A stretch of 64,000 bases of DNA from Chthonomonadales bacterium (GCA_049967475.1 JBMFSQ010000001.1:183456-247455), one strand, 5' to 3'. Positions 18,692-28,143 are shown, counted from the first letter of the stretch. Notes: a model not told the origin generated them from the sequence alone. A program made the numbers and translations.

Positions 18692-19691
18692 CCCAATCTC
18701 CCACGTAGAGCACTTCCTCTTCCAATCGGACGCCGAAAGCCTCGTAGACGCGAGCCTTTACCAGCTCGGCCAGGCTCCGGATATCGGCGGCGGTAGCGTT
18801 CCCCCGGTTCAGAAGGAAATTAGCGTGGCGTGTGCTGACCTGCGCTCCGCCCACTGCGAGGCCCATGCAACCGCACGCTTCGCTTAGATATCCGGCCGGG
18901 ATCACCCCTGCCTCGCGCAGAGGGCCGGGAAGTCCCGGGATCTTTTGGGCCAGCTCAGGGTCTATCACGTTTTTGAAGAAGCTTCCGGCGGATGCGTACC
19001 AGGGCTGCCTCCAAATGCGCCGTGCCTGGTTGCGGCGCGCCTCCGCCAAAATCGCGGTTCGTGGAGCCCTGGTAAGGCGCAGCTTCACGGCGATCACGGC
19101 GGCTTGCTGGGAGCCTTGGCGCAGGCGGCTGTTTCGGTACGAAAAGCCCATCCAACTGGGATCTACGGTGCGCCGGTCTCCCGCCTCCACCACCTCGAGC
19201 TCTTGTACCAGCTCCCCGATATTGTGCCGGTAAGCTCCGGCATTGGACACGAGGGCTCCGCCCACGGTACCCGGGATCCCAACTGCAAATTCCAACCCCG
19301 ACAGGCTTTCGCGGGCGCTGTCCAGGAAGAGCCTCATGAGGGGATAGCCGGTGTCTACGTATGTTACCTCTGCTACCCGGCAGCGTCGGCACAGGTTGTG
19401 GATCACCAGTCCGCGGAAGCCACGGTCGCTCACACAGATATTGCTGCCTCCGCCCAACAGGAACCACGGGACGCCTTCCTGCTGAACAACCGCCAGGACC
19501 TCCGCCAGATCCTCTGCGGTGCCCGCTGCGTAATAAAGATCAGCGGGACCACCTACTCGGAGAGTGGTATATTTGCGGAGGGGTTCGTTTTGGACCACCC
19601 TCCGGCGGATGCGCTCGGGGAGGGATTTGAGGATCAGATGGGTTGGCACGGCTTGACGGCGGCCGGCCGCCGCGTTTGGGGATGGCTTCAT
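18666..19691 (-). CDS. murB: UDP-N-acetylenolpyruvoylglucosamine reductase
   Basis: LRKYTTLRVGGPADLYY, PWFLLGGGSNI, RNSRL, AGSFFKN and GGAQVS...HANF are MurB motifs. Start set at ATG 19691 because the ctc promoter occupies 19748-19776. Confidence 0.9.
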   Translation of the reverse strand: MKPSPNAAAGRRQAVPTHLILKSLPERIRRRVVQNEPLRKYTTLRVGGPADLYYAAGTAEDLAEVLAVVQQEGVPWFLLGGGSNICVSDRGFRGLVIHNLCRRCRVAEVTYVDTGYPLMRLFLDSARESLSGLEFAVGIPGTVGGALVSNAGAYRHNIGELVQELEVVEAGDRRTVDPSWMGFSYRNSRLRQGSQQAAVIAVKLRLTRAPRTAILAEARRNQARRIWRQPWYASAGSFFKNVIDPELAQKIPGLPGPLREAGVIPAGYLSEACGCMGLAVGGAQVSTRHANFLLNRGNATAADIRSLAELVKARVYEAFGVRLEEEVLYVGDWDEPTSRPS

Positions 19692-19747
19692 TTGCCCATC
19701 AGTGTAACACGCAGAGGCACGGGTGTACAAGGCGGAGTGGAAGCTCA

Positions 19748-19776
19748 TTGACAAGCTGCCGCTGCCGCCGCATAAT
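19748..19776 (+). promoter_or_regulatory. Sigma70-type promoter TTGACA-17-CATAAT for ctc (L25)
   Basis: caTTGACAagctgccgctgccgccgCATAATgac. Confidence 0.65.
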
Positions 19777-19844
19777 GACAATGGATATTACCGGCCTTTA
19801 GCGGCCGTTGGGTACGCAGAGGTCGCCGACAGGAGATGGAAGCC

Positions 19845-20474
19845 ATGCGAGCTCGGTTGCGTGTTGTTCCACGCGCGCCTATGACGAAGGGCCAAATCAA
19901 GAAGCTGCGCGCCCAGGGATATGTGCCGGTGTCGTTAAGCGGTCGAGGTGTGAGTACGCGACACTACAGTGCGCCCAGTAAGGATCTGCAGGAGATCCTT
20001 CGGAAGGGCGGGCAAGCCGCCCTCATCGAAGTGCTGGTTGACGGCGAGGACGGCGCTGTCCTGGCAATGCCGCGTCAGGTGGAGCGAGACCCCATTACGC
20101 ATGGGCTCCTTCAGGTGGGGTTGATGCGCGTGTCTGCCCAGCAGCCTATTATCGCCAATGTGCCCGTCGTGCTGGTAGGGCAGCCCGGCGCAGCAAAATC
20201 GGGCCACGGTGTGCTGGAGCACGAGCGCGACACCCTGGAGGTTCGCGGCCTGCCCGAGAAGCTGCCGACCCACGTAGACGTGGATGTGTCGGGTATGGAG
20301 TTGGGGGACGCGCTCCACGTGCGCGATGTTCCAATCCCGCCAGATTGTGAAATCCTCACGGCGCCGGACGAGATCATTGCCGTGCTCCATCCCGTCCGTG
20401 TGCATGAAGCAGCCGCCGAGGAAGCGGCCGACACCGGGGCCGCAGAGGCAAGCACTTCGCGTACGGAGGAATGA
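19845..20474 (+). CDS. ctc: 50S ribosomal protein L25 / general stress protein Ctc
   Basis: KGQIKKLRAQGYVPVSLSG, a two-domain Ctc length and an acidic tail. ATG 19845 has AGGAG 9 nt upstream, whereas ATG 19836 abuts the SD. Confidence 0.85.
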   Translation: MRARLRVVPRAPMTKGQIKKLRAQGYVPVSLSGRGVSTRHYSAPSKDLQEILRKGGQAALIEVLVDGEDGAVLAMPRQVERDPITHGLLQVGLMRVSAQQPIIANVPVVLVGQPGAAKSGHGVLEHERDTLEVRGLPEKLPTHVDVDVSGMELGDALHVRDVPIPPDCEILTAPDEIIAVLHPVRVHEAAAEEAADTGAAEASTSRTEE

Positions 20475-21610
20475 AGCCAATGTTCGATGGGAACCGATAT
20501 GCGAGGCTGAGCTCATTGGCCGGCTCTTCATGGAACGTCGTTTTGGTCCTTGCATCGGCCTGGGCGGCGGTGTCGCCCGCACGCGCGGATCGCGCCGCTC
20601 CGATGGATTTTTCACCGGACGGCCAGCGCATCGCCTACGCCTGGGTGGGCACCCCTGCTGCGTCGCTGAGCGTTGTTCGCATAGATGGATCCGCGCTGCA
20701 GGTGGTTCCAGGCGGAGCCGGAGGGGCGGCGCCGAAGTGGTCTCCCGATGGGAGCCAATTGCTCTTCGCGGCCGGAGATGTACCGAACCGCGCCCGCATT
20801 TACGATATTGCAAAGGGCCAGACGCACGACGTGGGCCCTTTGATCGGGCCGCCCTTCGCCTGGCGTGAGGATGGCAAGCGCCTGGCGGGTCTTCGCCCTT
20901 TGGCTTCGGGAGGTGTCGAGATCGTATGGTATCTCGTGGCCGATGCGGGCACAACGTTCCGCGTTCCACTCACCTTTCAGCCCGTGCAGCGAGGGCCGCT
21001 CATCTGGCTGCCCAATACCGATGACGCCGCCATGCTGGGGCAGAGTGCTACAGGGGTGGACGTGTACACTGTGGAGGCGGGCCAGATCCACCAGATCACG
21101 ACTTCCAGCGACGTTCTGGGTTTGGCGTTGAGCGCTGACCGAAGCTCCCTTGTGTGGGCGCGTAAGAGCCCGAATACGCGCTACATTCTGATGTCTGCGT
21201 ACCGTTTCGATTTGAAGAGCCGATCGTCCGTGCGGCTGTCTTTTCCGGACCGGGTGAAGGCGCTGAACCCCGATCCGCATCATGCTCCTCGTTCCGTGGA
21301 TTGGGTGGAGTTTTCACCGGACGGCTCCAGGCTTCTGATGTGGGTTACACTGGATGTGAAACCTGTGAACAAGGTGGTACGGGCGCTTTACACCGTAACC
21401 ATGGACGGGCGGTCGGCGCAGTTATTGGCGCGATCCGCGCCGCAGGATGCGGTTGGACCTGCTGCCGCGCCGGCGGGCGAATACGTGCTTGATGCGTGCT
21501 GGTCCAAAGACGGCAGCAAAATCGCAGTGATGCAAGGTGTTCCCGGCTCAGAGACCCTTACCGTTTTTGGAGCCGATGGGTCGGGAGGTACCGTCATCGC
21601 TCGGCAATAG
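20471..21610 (+). CDS. PD40/TolB-like beta-propeller repeat protein, secreted
   Basis: Repeated FSPDGQRIAY, WSPDGSQLLF, FSPDGSRLLM and WSKDGSKIAV. Signal-like SSWNVVLVLASAWAAVSPARA. The start overlaps the ctc stop (ATGA). ATG 20480 is an alternative start. Confidence 0.7.
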   Translation: MKPMFDGNRYARLSSLAGSSWNVVLVLASAWAAVSPARADRAAPMDFSPDGQRIAYAWVGTPAASLSVVRIDGSALQVVPGGAGGAAPKWSPDGSQLLFAAGDVPNRARIYDIAKGQTHDVGPLIGPPFAWREDGKRLAGLRPLASGGVEIVWYLVADAGTTFRVPLTFQPVQRGPLIWLPNTDDAAMLGQSATGVDVYTVEAGQIHQITTSSDVLGLALSADRSSLVWARKSPNTRYILMSAYRFDLKSRSSVRLSFPDRVKALNPDPHHAPRSVDWVEFSPDGSRLLMWVTLDVKPVNKVVRALYTVTMDGRSAQLLARSAPQDAVGPAAAPAGEYVLDACWSKDGSKIAVMQGVPGSETLTVFGADGSGGTVIARQ

Positions 21611-21815
21611 CAGGGATGCGCCGGATTGCTCTGCTCGAGCTGCGGGATCCCTGCTTCCCACATCCTGTTTGACCAGGGACCCGCGGCTGAGCGCGGCATC
21701 TATGGGCAGGCACGGCCAAGCAGGCCGCAATCCGTTTGTGGCGGCACCGGCGTGCTGCCCCGGTCAGGCCTTGATCGTACGGCCGCGGTCTGTTTCGGGG
21801 AGAGGAGCTTAAGCT

Positions 21816-22961
21816 ATGTTGCGGCGGGCTCTGCTGGCAGGAAGCGCTCCATTCCTGCTCATGGGGTTATGGGGTTGCGCAACCATGGCGGTGTCGCCCG
21901 ACGGAAGGCGCGTGGCTGCCACATCCGCTCATGGCCTGGCGATTTTGGATGACCGAGGACGTGTGCTGCGTACGGTTCCGCAAAGCGACCACGCGGACGC
22001 CGTGCTCTGGTCCCCCGACGGCCGATACTTGCTCTTTTTCAAGTCGGGCGACCAGAAACAGGGCACCTCGGAAAGGGAGGCGGCTGAAACCGCTGTTCTC
22101 TACGATACGGCAACGAACCAGCTCAAAGTGATCTCGAGGAGCGCCAGCGATGTCGGTGCCTTCCGCAGCGACGGCCGCAAGGTGGCGCTGTTCGAGCTGG
22201 ACGAAGGCGGCCAGGTGGCGCTCGTGGAGCGGGACATCCCTTCTGGAGAAGAAACGGCCCGCTACTACTCCTCCGCGGTGAACGTGTCTGGTCCAGGAAT
22301 GCAATGGCTCCCGGGCAGGGATGCCCAGGCTTATCTGGCAACGGGTGCGGACCGGACACGGCACGGCGCATCCGACTTATACGTGATGATGGACGGCGAG
22401 GAACAGGTTCTGTGTCCGTGCGACGATGTGATCGGCTTTGCCCCGACGGCCGACGGTAAGGGATTGATCTGGGCCAGAAGCCCTCGGAATGGACGGCCCG
22501 CTCCGCTGATCCTCGAGACCTATGATTTTGCTTCCCAAACCCGCACGCCCGTCCCCATGAAGCGCATGCCTTTTTGGTTGACTGCGTCCGAGGGGTATCG
22601 TGCCGAAGTTGTTTACGCTGCATTTTCGCCGGACACGCGCCGCCTTGCAGTGTGCGTGGACTATGAGGAACGGCGCCATCCTTCGTGGCGCAAGGCCCGC
22701 ACCTTCAGCGCCTGCTTTGTGATGACCCGGGACGGCACCCAATGGAGGCTGCTCCGGCGGACTGTACCGCGCAACGTGGACGGGGGCGTGGTCATCCTGC
22801 CGCAATGGGCCAGGAACGGCAGCCGCATCGCAGTGATGCTTCTTGGCCAATATACGTACACAGTGTCTTTGTTTGAACCGGATGGGTCTCGAGAACGGCG
22901 GCTGCTGGCCGTGATCGAATGGCCGCGCTACCGGGCGAGGCGCCATAGGGGCCGTCGTTGA
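21816..22961 (+). CDS. PD40/TolB-like beta-propeller lipoprotein (paralogue of the previous gene)
   Basis: Lipobox LLMGLWGC. VSPDGRRVAA, WSPDGRYLLF, FRSDGRKVAL, FSPDTRRLAV. SD GGAGAGGAG 9 nt upstream. Confidence 0.7.
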   Translation: MLRRALLAGSAPFLLMGLWGCATMAVSPDGRRVAATSAHGLAILDDRGRVLRTVPQSDHADAVLWSPDGRYLLFFKSGDQKQGTSEREAAETAVLYDTATNQLKVISRSASDVGAFRSDGRKVALFELDEGGQVALVERDIPSGEETARYYSSAVNVSGPGMQWLPGRDAQAYLATGADRTRHGASDLYVMMDGEEQVLCPCDDVIGFAPTADGKGLIWARSPRNGRPAPLILETYDFASQTRTPVPMKRMPFWLTASEGYRAEVVYAAFSPDTRRLAVCVDYEERRHPSWRKARTFSACFVMTRDGTQWRLLRRTVPRNVDGGVVILPQWARNGSRIAVMLLGQYTYTVSLFEPDGSRERRLLAVIEWPRYRARRHRGRR

Positions 22962-23896
22962 CCGAAGCGCGGGTTGCAAAGGTGAAGCCGGCCCGTTTGG
23001 AGCCCGGCATGCGCTTGGGAGTAGTTGCTCCATCCAGCTCTGTGCGCGACGGGCGCTTGCAAGCGGCGCTGGATCTGCTGGAGGCGGCCGGGTACCAAAC
23101 CATCCTTGGCGATCACCTCTACGACCGCTACGGGTATCTGGCGGGGACGGATGCAGCCAGGGCAGCAGACCTCAACTCCATGTTCGCCCGAAAGGATGTG
23201 GACGGCATTCTTTGCGCGCGCGGCGGGTACGGCTCGTGGCGCGTCCTGGATCTGGTGGATTGGGACACGGTGCGCGCAAACCCGAAGGTCTTCATCGGAT
23301 ACAGCGACATAACCCTCCTTCACCTGGCCATGGAGCGCCGAGCCAACCTCGTAACATTCCACGGCCCCATGGCGATTACGATCGGCAAAGGCCTGGACCC
23401 ATCAACGTTCGAGCAGTTTTTGGCTGTGGTGTCCCGTCCTGTTCCGGCAGGAACGCTCCCATGGGATGGTGTGGGCAAGTTGGTGGGGGGCCGGGCTGCA
23501 GGACCCCTTGCCGGCGGATGCCTCTCACTCCTCGCTGCGGCAGTGGGCACTCCAGATGCGCCGGACTTCCGAGGGTGCATCGTGCTCCTAGAGGATGTAG
23601 GAGAAAGCCTGCCTCACGTAGACCGGCACCTCTGCCAACTTGCCCGGAGCGGCTGTTTCCGCCAGGCGGCCGGCTTCGTCATCGGTACCGTTACGGGCGC
23701 TAGGCAGGAAGGAGCAGACGGCGCGATTACGCTTGAGGATCTATGGCAAAGGTACATCGTACCCCTAGGCAAACCGGCTGTGTGGGGCTTTCGTTTTGGC
23801 CACGTGGAGAACCCTCTTACCCTGCCTCTAGGATGCTTGGCAGAATTGGATGCCGACGCCGGGAGGCTCTCGATACTGGAAGCGGCGGTAGTATGA
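22958..23896 (+). CDS. LD-carboxypeptidase (peptidase S66, muramoyltetrapeptide carboxypeptidase-like)
   Basis: LEPGMRLGVVAPSS, RGGYGS, FIGYSDITLLH (Ser nucleophile) and FGHVENPLTLPLG. Confidence 0.85.
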   Translation: MTEARVAKVKPARLEPGMRLGVVAPSSSVRDGRLQAALDLLEAAGYQTILGDHLYDRYGYLAGTDAARAADLNSMFARKDVDGILCARGGYGSWRVLDLVDWDTVRANPKVFIGYSDITLLHLAMERRANLVTFHGPMAITIGKGLDPSTFEQFLAVVSRPVPAGTLPWDGVGKLVGGRAAGPLAGGCLSLLAAAVGTPDAPDFRGCIVLLEDVGESLPHVDRHLCQLARSGCFRQAAGFVIGTVTGARQEGADGAITLEDLWQRYIVPLGKPAVWGFRFGHVENPLTLPLGCLAELDADAGRLSILEAAVV

Positions 23897-23904
23897 TGCG
23901 GCCC

Positions 23905-24951
23905 CTAACCGCTTCCGGGGATCGCAATCACCTGATGCTCTATTGCAGACCGGTAGGCTGCTTCAAGCACCTCGGTTACATGGGCGCCGTGGGAGCATGG
24001 CGAGAACAGTTCGCTTCTGCCGCGGATGGCGTCAATCAGGTTGGCGACGGGCCCGGGCACAGCCGGCAACTCGGCTTCGGCGAAGACCTCGGGTTCGGCA
24101 TCCCGGCGTACCAGCGTGGTGCGGAACTCGAAGCCTTCCACCGAAAGCGTGCCGAGGGTTCCGGCGAAGGTGTTGCACACGCGCCGCGTGGGATAGCGGC
24201 TGTCTCCAACGGAGCAAACGGCGGCCACTGAGCCATTCTCCAGAGTGATTGCCAGTGACGCACGGCGGTCTTGGGGTACCGTGTCCATGGTGCAGGCGAC
24301 GCGGGTGGCGCGCAGTCCCGTTACCCAAAGCACTTCCGAGATGAGGTGAGGGCCGCCGTCCATGAGGTAGCCGCCGCCGCTGAGCGCGGGGTCTGCGCGG
24401 AAAAGGGTCGGCGGGACGACACCCGGCAGATCGGCGGGCTTGGGGGCCCTGCCGAATACGTAGTCGGCGTTGCCGGTCCAAAACATTTGGATGGCCTCGA
24501 TTTCACCTACGCGTCCTTGGCGCACCAGTGCGCGCATCCGGTGGCAATGGGCCCAATAGGGTGGGTTGAGGGCCACGGCAAGATGGACGTTACGGTGGGC
24601 GGCTTGGCTGCACAGGTGCCGGGCTTGGGCGCTGGTGAGCGTCATAGGCTTTTCGAGAAGCACATGGAGGCCGGCTTCTACGGCGGCAAGGGCCTGTTCG
24701 TAGTGCTGAGCAGGCGGAGTGGCGATTACGACGGCGTCCAGGGAGCGCTGCGCGAGCATCTCCTGCCAATCGGTGAATGTGGCCGCAGGTTGGAAGTGTT
24801 CCGCCAGGCGCTCGAGTGCCGATCGGTCCCTGCGGCAAAGGGCATCCAATGCGGCTTCCGGATGGCTGCGGATGTCGGGTATGTGCCGGCGCGAAGCGAA
24901 CCATCCTGCGCCGATCACCCCAAACCTTATCGGAGGTTTCTCTGCGATCAT
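23905..24951 (-). CDS. Gfo/Idh/MocA family oxidoreductase
   Basis: IRFGVIGAGWFASRRHIP and HVLLEKPM. Confidence 0.85.
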   Translation of the reverse strand: MIAEKPPIRFGVIGAGWFASRRHIPDIRSHPEAALDALCRRDRSALERLAEHFQPAATFTDWQEMLAQRSLDAVVIATPPAQHYEQALAAVEAGLHVLLEKPMTLTSAQARHLCSQAAHRNVHLAVALNPPYWAHCHRMRALVRQGRVGEIEAIQMFWTGNADYVFGRAPKPADLPGVVPPTLFRADPALSGGGYLMDGGPHLISEVLWVTGLRATRVACTMDTVPQDRRASLAITLENGSVAAVCSVGDSRYPTRRVCNTFAGTLGTLSVEGFEFRTTLVRRDAEPEVFAEAELPAVPGPVANLIDAIRGRSELFSPCSHGAHVTEVLEAAYRSAIEHQVIAIPGSG

Positions 24952-25106
24952 GCTCCTGTTACACCTGGTTTGCGATTAGGCCGCAAGGCACAGTGCTTCC
25001 GCGCGGTTTCCGTATCTCGTCGTGAGCGCCATGGTTGCGCCCGGTAGTTGCTGCGGCTTCAATCGCCGGGCTCCACGGCGCATTCGGCTGAAACCTTATG
25101 TGCCGG

Positions 25107-25913
25107 TCATCCCACCCTGGGTTCCCATGTTACGCGCCACAACGAGAAGACGGCGTCACACGTCTCTACGTCGTCTAGAGAGTCCGCCAGTAATCGGGTA
25201 CGCCGCTCCAGTTCGGCCACCAGTTCCTGGTGCTGCTGCGGCGGCACATGCCAGAGACGCGAATACGGATTTCGGCGCGCCAATTGCAAGACTTCTCCTG
25301 TTGTCATGGCGATTGTCCAGTGAATGGTTCCACCGTCTATTTGCTGCACGGAGGCGCCTGTGGAGGCCAAGTATTCCAGAGCAACGGCCACCGATGGGGC
25401 TCCGACGTGCGGCCGAGCGAGTCCCCGTTCCTCGGCGAGCTTGAAATAAAGCTCCCGAGTGGGGAGATTATGTCCTCCTTCTGCTCCCAGATAAAGGCTC
25501 GCGCCCGGTACCAGGATGCGGCGCACCTCATTCAGGACGTGCTGCCAGTCGGCGATGAGGTGGAGCACGTGCACCATGAGGCACCCGCCCACCGAAGCCG
25601 TTGCGATAGGGATGTGCCGGATGTCGGCGCGCGCGAGAAGGGCCCGGGGGCAACTTTGTTGGGCCTTTTGGAGCATGGCGTAGGAGATATCCAGCCCGAT
25701 CAGGGTGAGGCCGGTTCTGCAGAGTGGGCCAGCAAAGCGGCCCGTACCGACGCCGGCTTCCACGAATGGGAGTGCTGCGCGTCGGCCCAAATCCTTCCGA
25801 ATGATGTTGGCGATGGCGGCCAGATGTTCGGGCGGGATGCGCCGTGTTTCATCGTAAAAGCTCGCCGCTCGGTCGAAGCTGATATATGCGGGTGTGTGGG
25901 CGCTTCCGGTCAC
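25107..25913 (-). CDS. Class I SAM-dependent methyltransferase
   Basis: Motif I FVEAGVGTGRF, motif II-like IGLDISYAML. GTG start with GGAG 10 nt upstream. It lies 62 nt downstream of the symporter on the same strand. Confidence 0.75.
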   Translation of the reverse strand: MTGSAHTPAYISFDRAASFYDETRRIPPEHLAAIANIIRKDLGRRAALPFVEAGVGTGRFAGPLCRTGLTLIGLDISYAMLQKAQQSCPRALLARADIRHIPIATASVGGCLMVHVLHLIADWQHVLNEVRRILVPGASLYLGAEGGHNLPTRELYFKLAEERGLARPHVGAPSVAVALEYLASTGASVQQIDGGTIHWTIAMTTGEVLQLARRNPYSRLWHVPPQQHQELVAELERRTRLLADSLDDVETCDAVFSLWRVTWEPRVG

Positions 25914-25975
25914 GACGGCTTACTCCGTTCTTCGCGTGTGCACATCAACGAGTTCAGATTCGTCGAGGGCAGCCT

Positions 25976-27436
25976 TCAATCCTTCCGTCCGCCGTTGGAG
26001 GGGGATTTCACAGCAACCCGGCCCCGTACCCGCTCGATGGACCGGGCTGCCAGGTATACGGCGGCGGAGGCCAGCAATCCCGGGTACATTGGTTGCAAGT
26101 GGAAGGGGAAGTCTTCCGTTGCCGCCTGCAACCCGTGACGCCCCAGCCAGCCTGCCAGCAGGCAGATTGCTGCGGTTCCGCCGCCGGCCAGCATGCATGC
26201 GAAGGTCCCCTCTGCAGACGCTTGCCAACGCGGCGCGTAGCCGGCCAAAACTGCAATCAACATTCCGGGCACGCAAACGGTGCCGATGGCGTACCATTGC
26301 CTCACTACGGAGGGAACAGCCAATGCGATGGCGATGCCGAGCACGGTTGTAACGACGAGGCCCCATCGCGTGTAGACGGGTACGCTCTCGTTAGTGGCGT
26401 CCTCGCGAAGCCTCCACACGAAGTCACGCCCCACCGTCATGGCGCCAATGAACGTGTAAGACACCACCGTGGACATGACTGTTGCGAGCATGCCCAAATA
26501 GAAAAGGCCCTTGATGCCGGAAGGCAGGGCAATCTCCGCCAGTAGCGGGTACGCCATGTCGTGAGAAGTGCCCGGCGGCATCACAGGCAGCGCCGCTCGG
26601 GCATAGAGGCCCGTTGTAGTCGTGAGGAAGTCGAAGGCAGCCCAGCACACGATGGCAGCGAGGATGCCAGTCCGAGCCACGGACGGGGTGCGGGCGGCGT
26701 AGCAGCGTTGGTGGAAACCGGGGTCCACGAGGGTCCACACGGCGATAAAAAACCAAACGAGGATGAAGCCGAGATCCTGACCTCCGTCCAGCCGCAAATG
26801 GGTGGGAGGCACGTGAGCGGCAAGCCAGTGAAAGCCGCCCAGCCGGTGAATGAGGACGGGAAGCGCCGCTGCGAAGCCGCCGAACATGAGGAGAAACTGG
26901 AACACATTGATGCGGACGTCGCTTTCGAATCCCCCCGCATAAACATACGCTACAGAGAAAAGAGTTCCAACGAGGATGGCGGGCAATTCCGGCCAGCCGA
27001 AGGCGATTTGCACGAGCCGGCCTACCATGAGGATGTAGGGGGCGGGGGTGATCATGATGAAGGCATAAACCGCGCCGAGGAGCGCTGCCGGGCGGCCGTA
27101 AGTGCGGTGGAGTTTATCGGGGATGGTATAGAGGCTGGCTTCGCGGACCCTGGTGGCGAGGAATAAAGCGAACACCAGAGCGAATACATAATAGGGGAGC
27201 CCCTGGGTAGTCCAGTTGGCGATGCCGTAATCGTAGGTGAACTCCCCCGATGCAAGGATGCCGCCGTACCACGTCGCCACGAGGGTCGCTACGAATACCG
27301 GCAGGCTCAGGCGGCGGGCTGCGATCAGATACTCCTCCGTTCCCCGCCGGCGCTTCCAGAAGCCCACAATCACGGTGGCGATGAAGTAGGTTGCCAAAAT
27401 CGCTCCGTCCAAAGCTGAGAAGTGCGCCCGGATCAT
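25976..27436 (-). CDS. Sodium:solute symporter family transporter (candidate thiamine/HMP importer, ThiV/PanF-like)
   Basis: 486 aa and multi-TM throughout. The N-terminal region (FIATVIVGFWKRRRGTEEYLIAARRLS, WYGG) is SSS-family-like. Its ATG overlaps the thiN TGA (ATGA at 27433-27436), and it lies downstream of the TPP riboswitch. Confidence 0.8.
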   Translation of the reverse strand: MIRAHFSALDGAILATYFIATVIVGFWKRRRGTEEYLIAARRLSLPVFVATLVATWYGGILASGEFTYDYGIANWTTQGLPYYVFALVFALFLATRVREASLYTIPDKLHRTYGRPAALLGAVYAFIMITPAPYILMVGRLVQIAFGWPELPAILVGTLFSVAYVYAGGFESDVRINVFQFLLMFGGFAAALPVLIHRLGGFHWLAAHVPPTHLRLDGGQDLGFILVWFFIAVWTLVDPGFHQRCYAARTPSVARTGILAAIVCWAAFDFLTTTTGLYARAALPVMPPGTSHDMAYPLLAEIALPSGIKGLFYLGMLATVMSTVVSYTFIGAMTVGRDFVWRLREDATNESVPVYTRWGLVVTTVLGIAIALAVPSVVRQWYAIGTVCVPGMLIAVLAGYAPRWQASAEGTFACMLAGGGTAAICLLAGWLGRHGLQAATEDFPFHLQPMYPGLLASAAVYLAARSIERVRGRVAVKSPSNGGRKD

Positions 27437-28068
27437 GAGCGCCCGTCCCCGGTAACTCGGTGTAGGTGGAGGGCCAACAAGGTTCCCTGGGCCACGCGGA
27501 TGCGGGCAGCCGGTTCCGTGAATTCGTTGCTTACCCCGCGGGAGCCTGGGGAAAGGGACTCACCGTCGAGAGCCCAGCGCACCCCGGTTAGGGTTACGCC
27601 TTTCGCCGGAGCGAAGAGAATGAGCGAGAGGGTGTCTCCGGGCGTTCCCTCGACCGTGGCTTCACCGACGACTGCGCGAGCGTCACCCCAATCCTCGACA
27701 ATGCGGATGGGTTCCCCTGCGTACTTTACGAGGATGCTCATATTGGTGAGGGTGTGGTCCAACCGCCGGCCCGTAGCGCCGGTGATCGTGACGGTTTGGG
27801 CGCCGCGTTGAAGCGCCCACACCACGGCCTTTTCAAGGTCTGAGGCATTCTGGTCAGGCGCAGGCTTCAGGATGGACGGATCCATCTGCTCGAGGATCTC
27901 GCTCGAGAGTGAGTCGAAGTCCCCCATGACTACGTCGGCGCCGGATCCCAGGCTGCGCAGAACCTCCGCGGCTCCATCCGTGGCGATGGTCAGATCCGCT
28001 TGGGCGCGGAGGGTTTCGAGCAATCTGGCGGAAGGGGGGCTGCCGTTGGCTACGATGAGGATGCGAAT
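27433..28068 (-). CDS. thiN: Thiamine pyrophosphokinase
   Basis: VVMGDFDS, PDQNASDLEKAV and ITGATGRRLDHTLTN are TPK motifs. The ORF track starts at TTG 28023, but the conserved N-terminus IRILIVANGSPPSARLL continues upstream to ATT 28068-28066. That codon sits 5 nt after AAGGAGG and directly after an in-frame TAA, with no ATG/GTG/TTG in between. Confidence 0.8.
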   Translation of the reverse strand: MRILIVANGSPPSARLLETLRAQADLTIATDGAAEVLRSLGSGADVVMGDFDSLSSEILEQMDPSILKPAPDQNASDLEKAVVWALQRGAQTVTITGATGRRLDHTLTNMSILVKYAGEPIRIVEDWGDARAVVGEATVEGTPGDTLSLILFAPAKGVTLTGVRWALDGESLSPGSRGVSNEFTEPAARIRVAQGTLLALHLHRVTGDGRS

Positions 28069-28091
28069 GGGTGCCTCCTTTTACCCGGTAG

Positions 28092-28130
28092 GGCGAGGCG
28101 CACGGGGTGTAACCCAATCTGCGCCTCGCC
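28092..28130 (-). other. Intercistronic 11-bp GC hairpin between the DUF1559 gene and thiN (no U-tract)
   Basis: The minus strand reads GGCGAGGCGCAgattgggttacaccccgTGCGCCTCGCC. It begins 13 nt after the DUF1559 stop and ends 11 nt before the thiN SD. Confidence 0.6.
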
Positions 28131-28143
28131 GCGTGTCTTCGGC

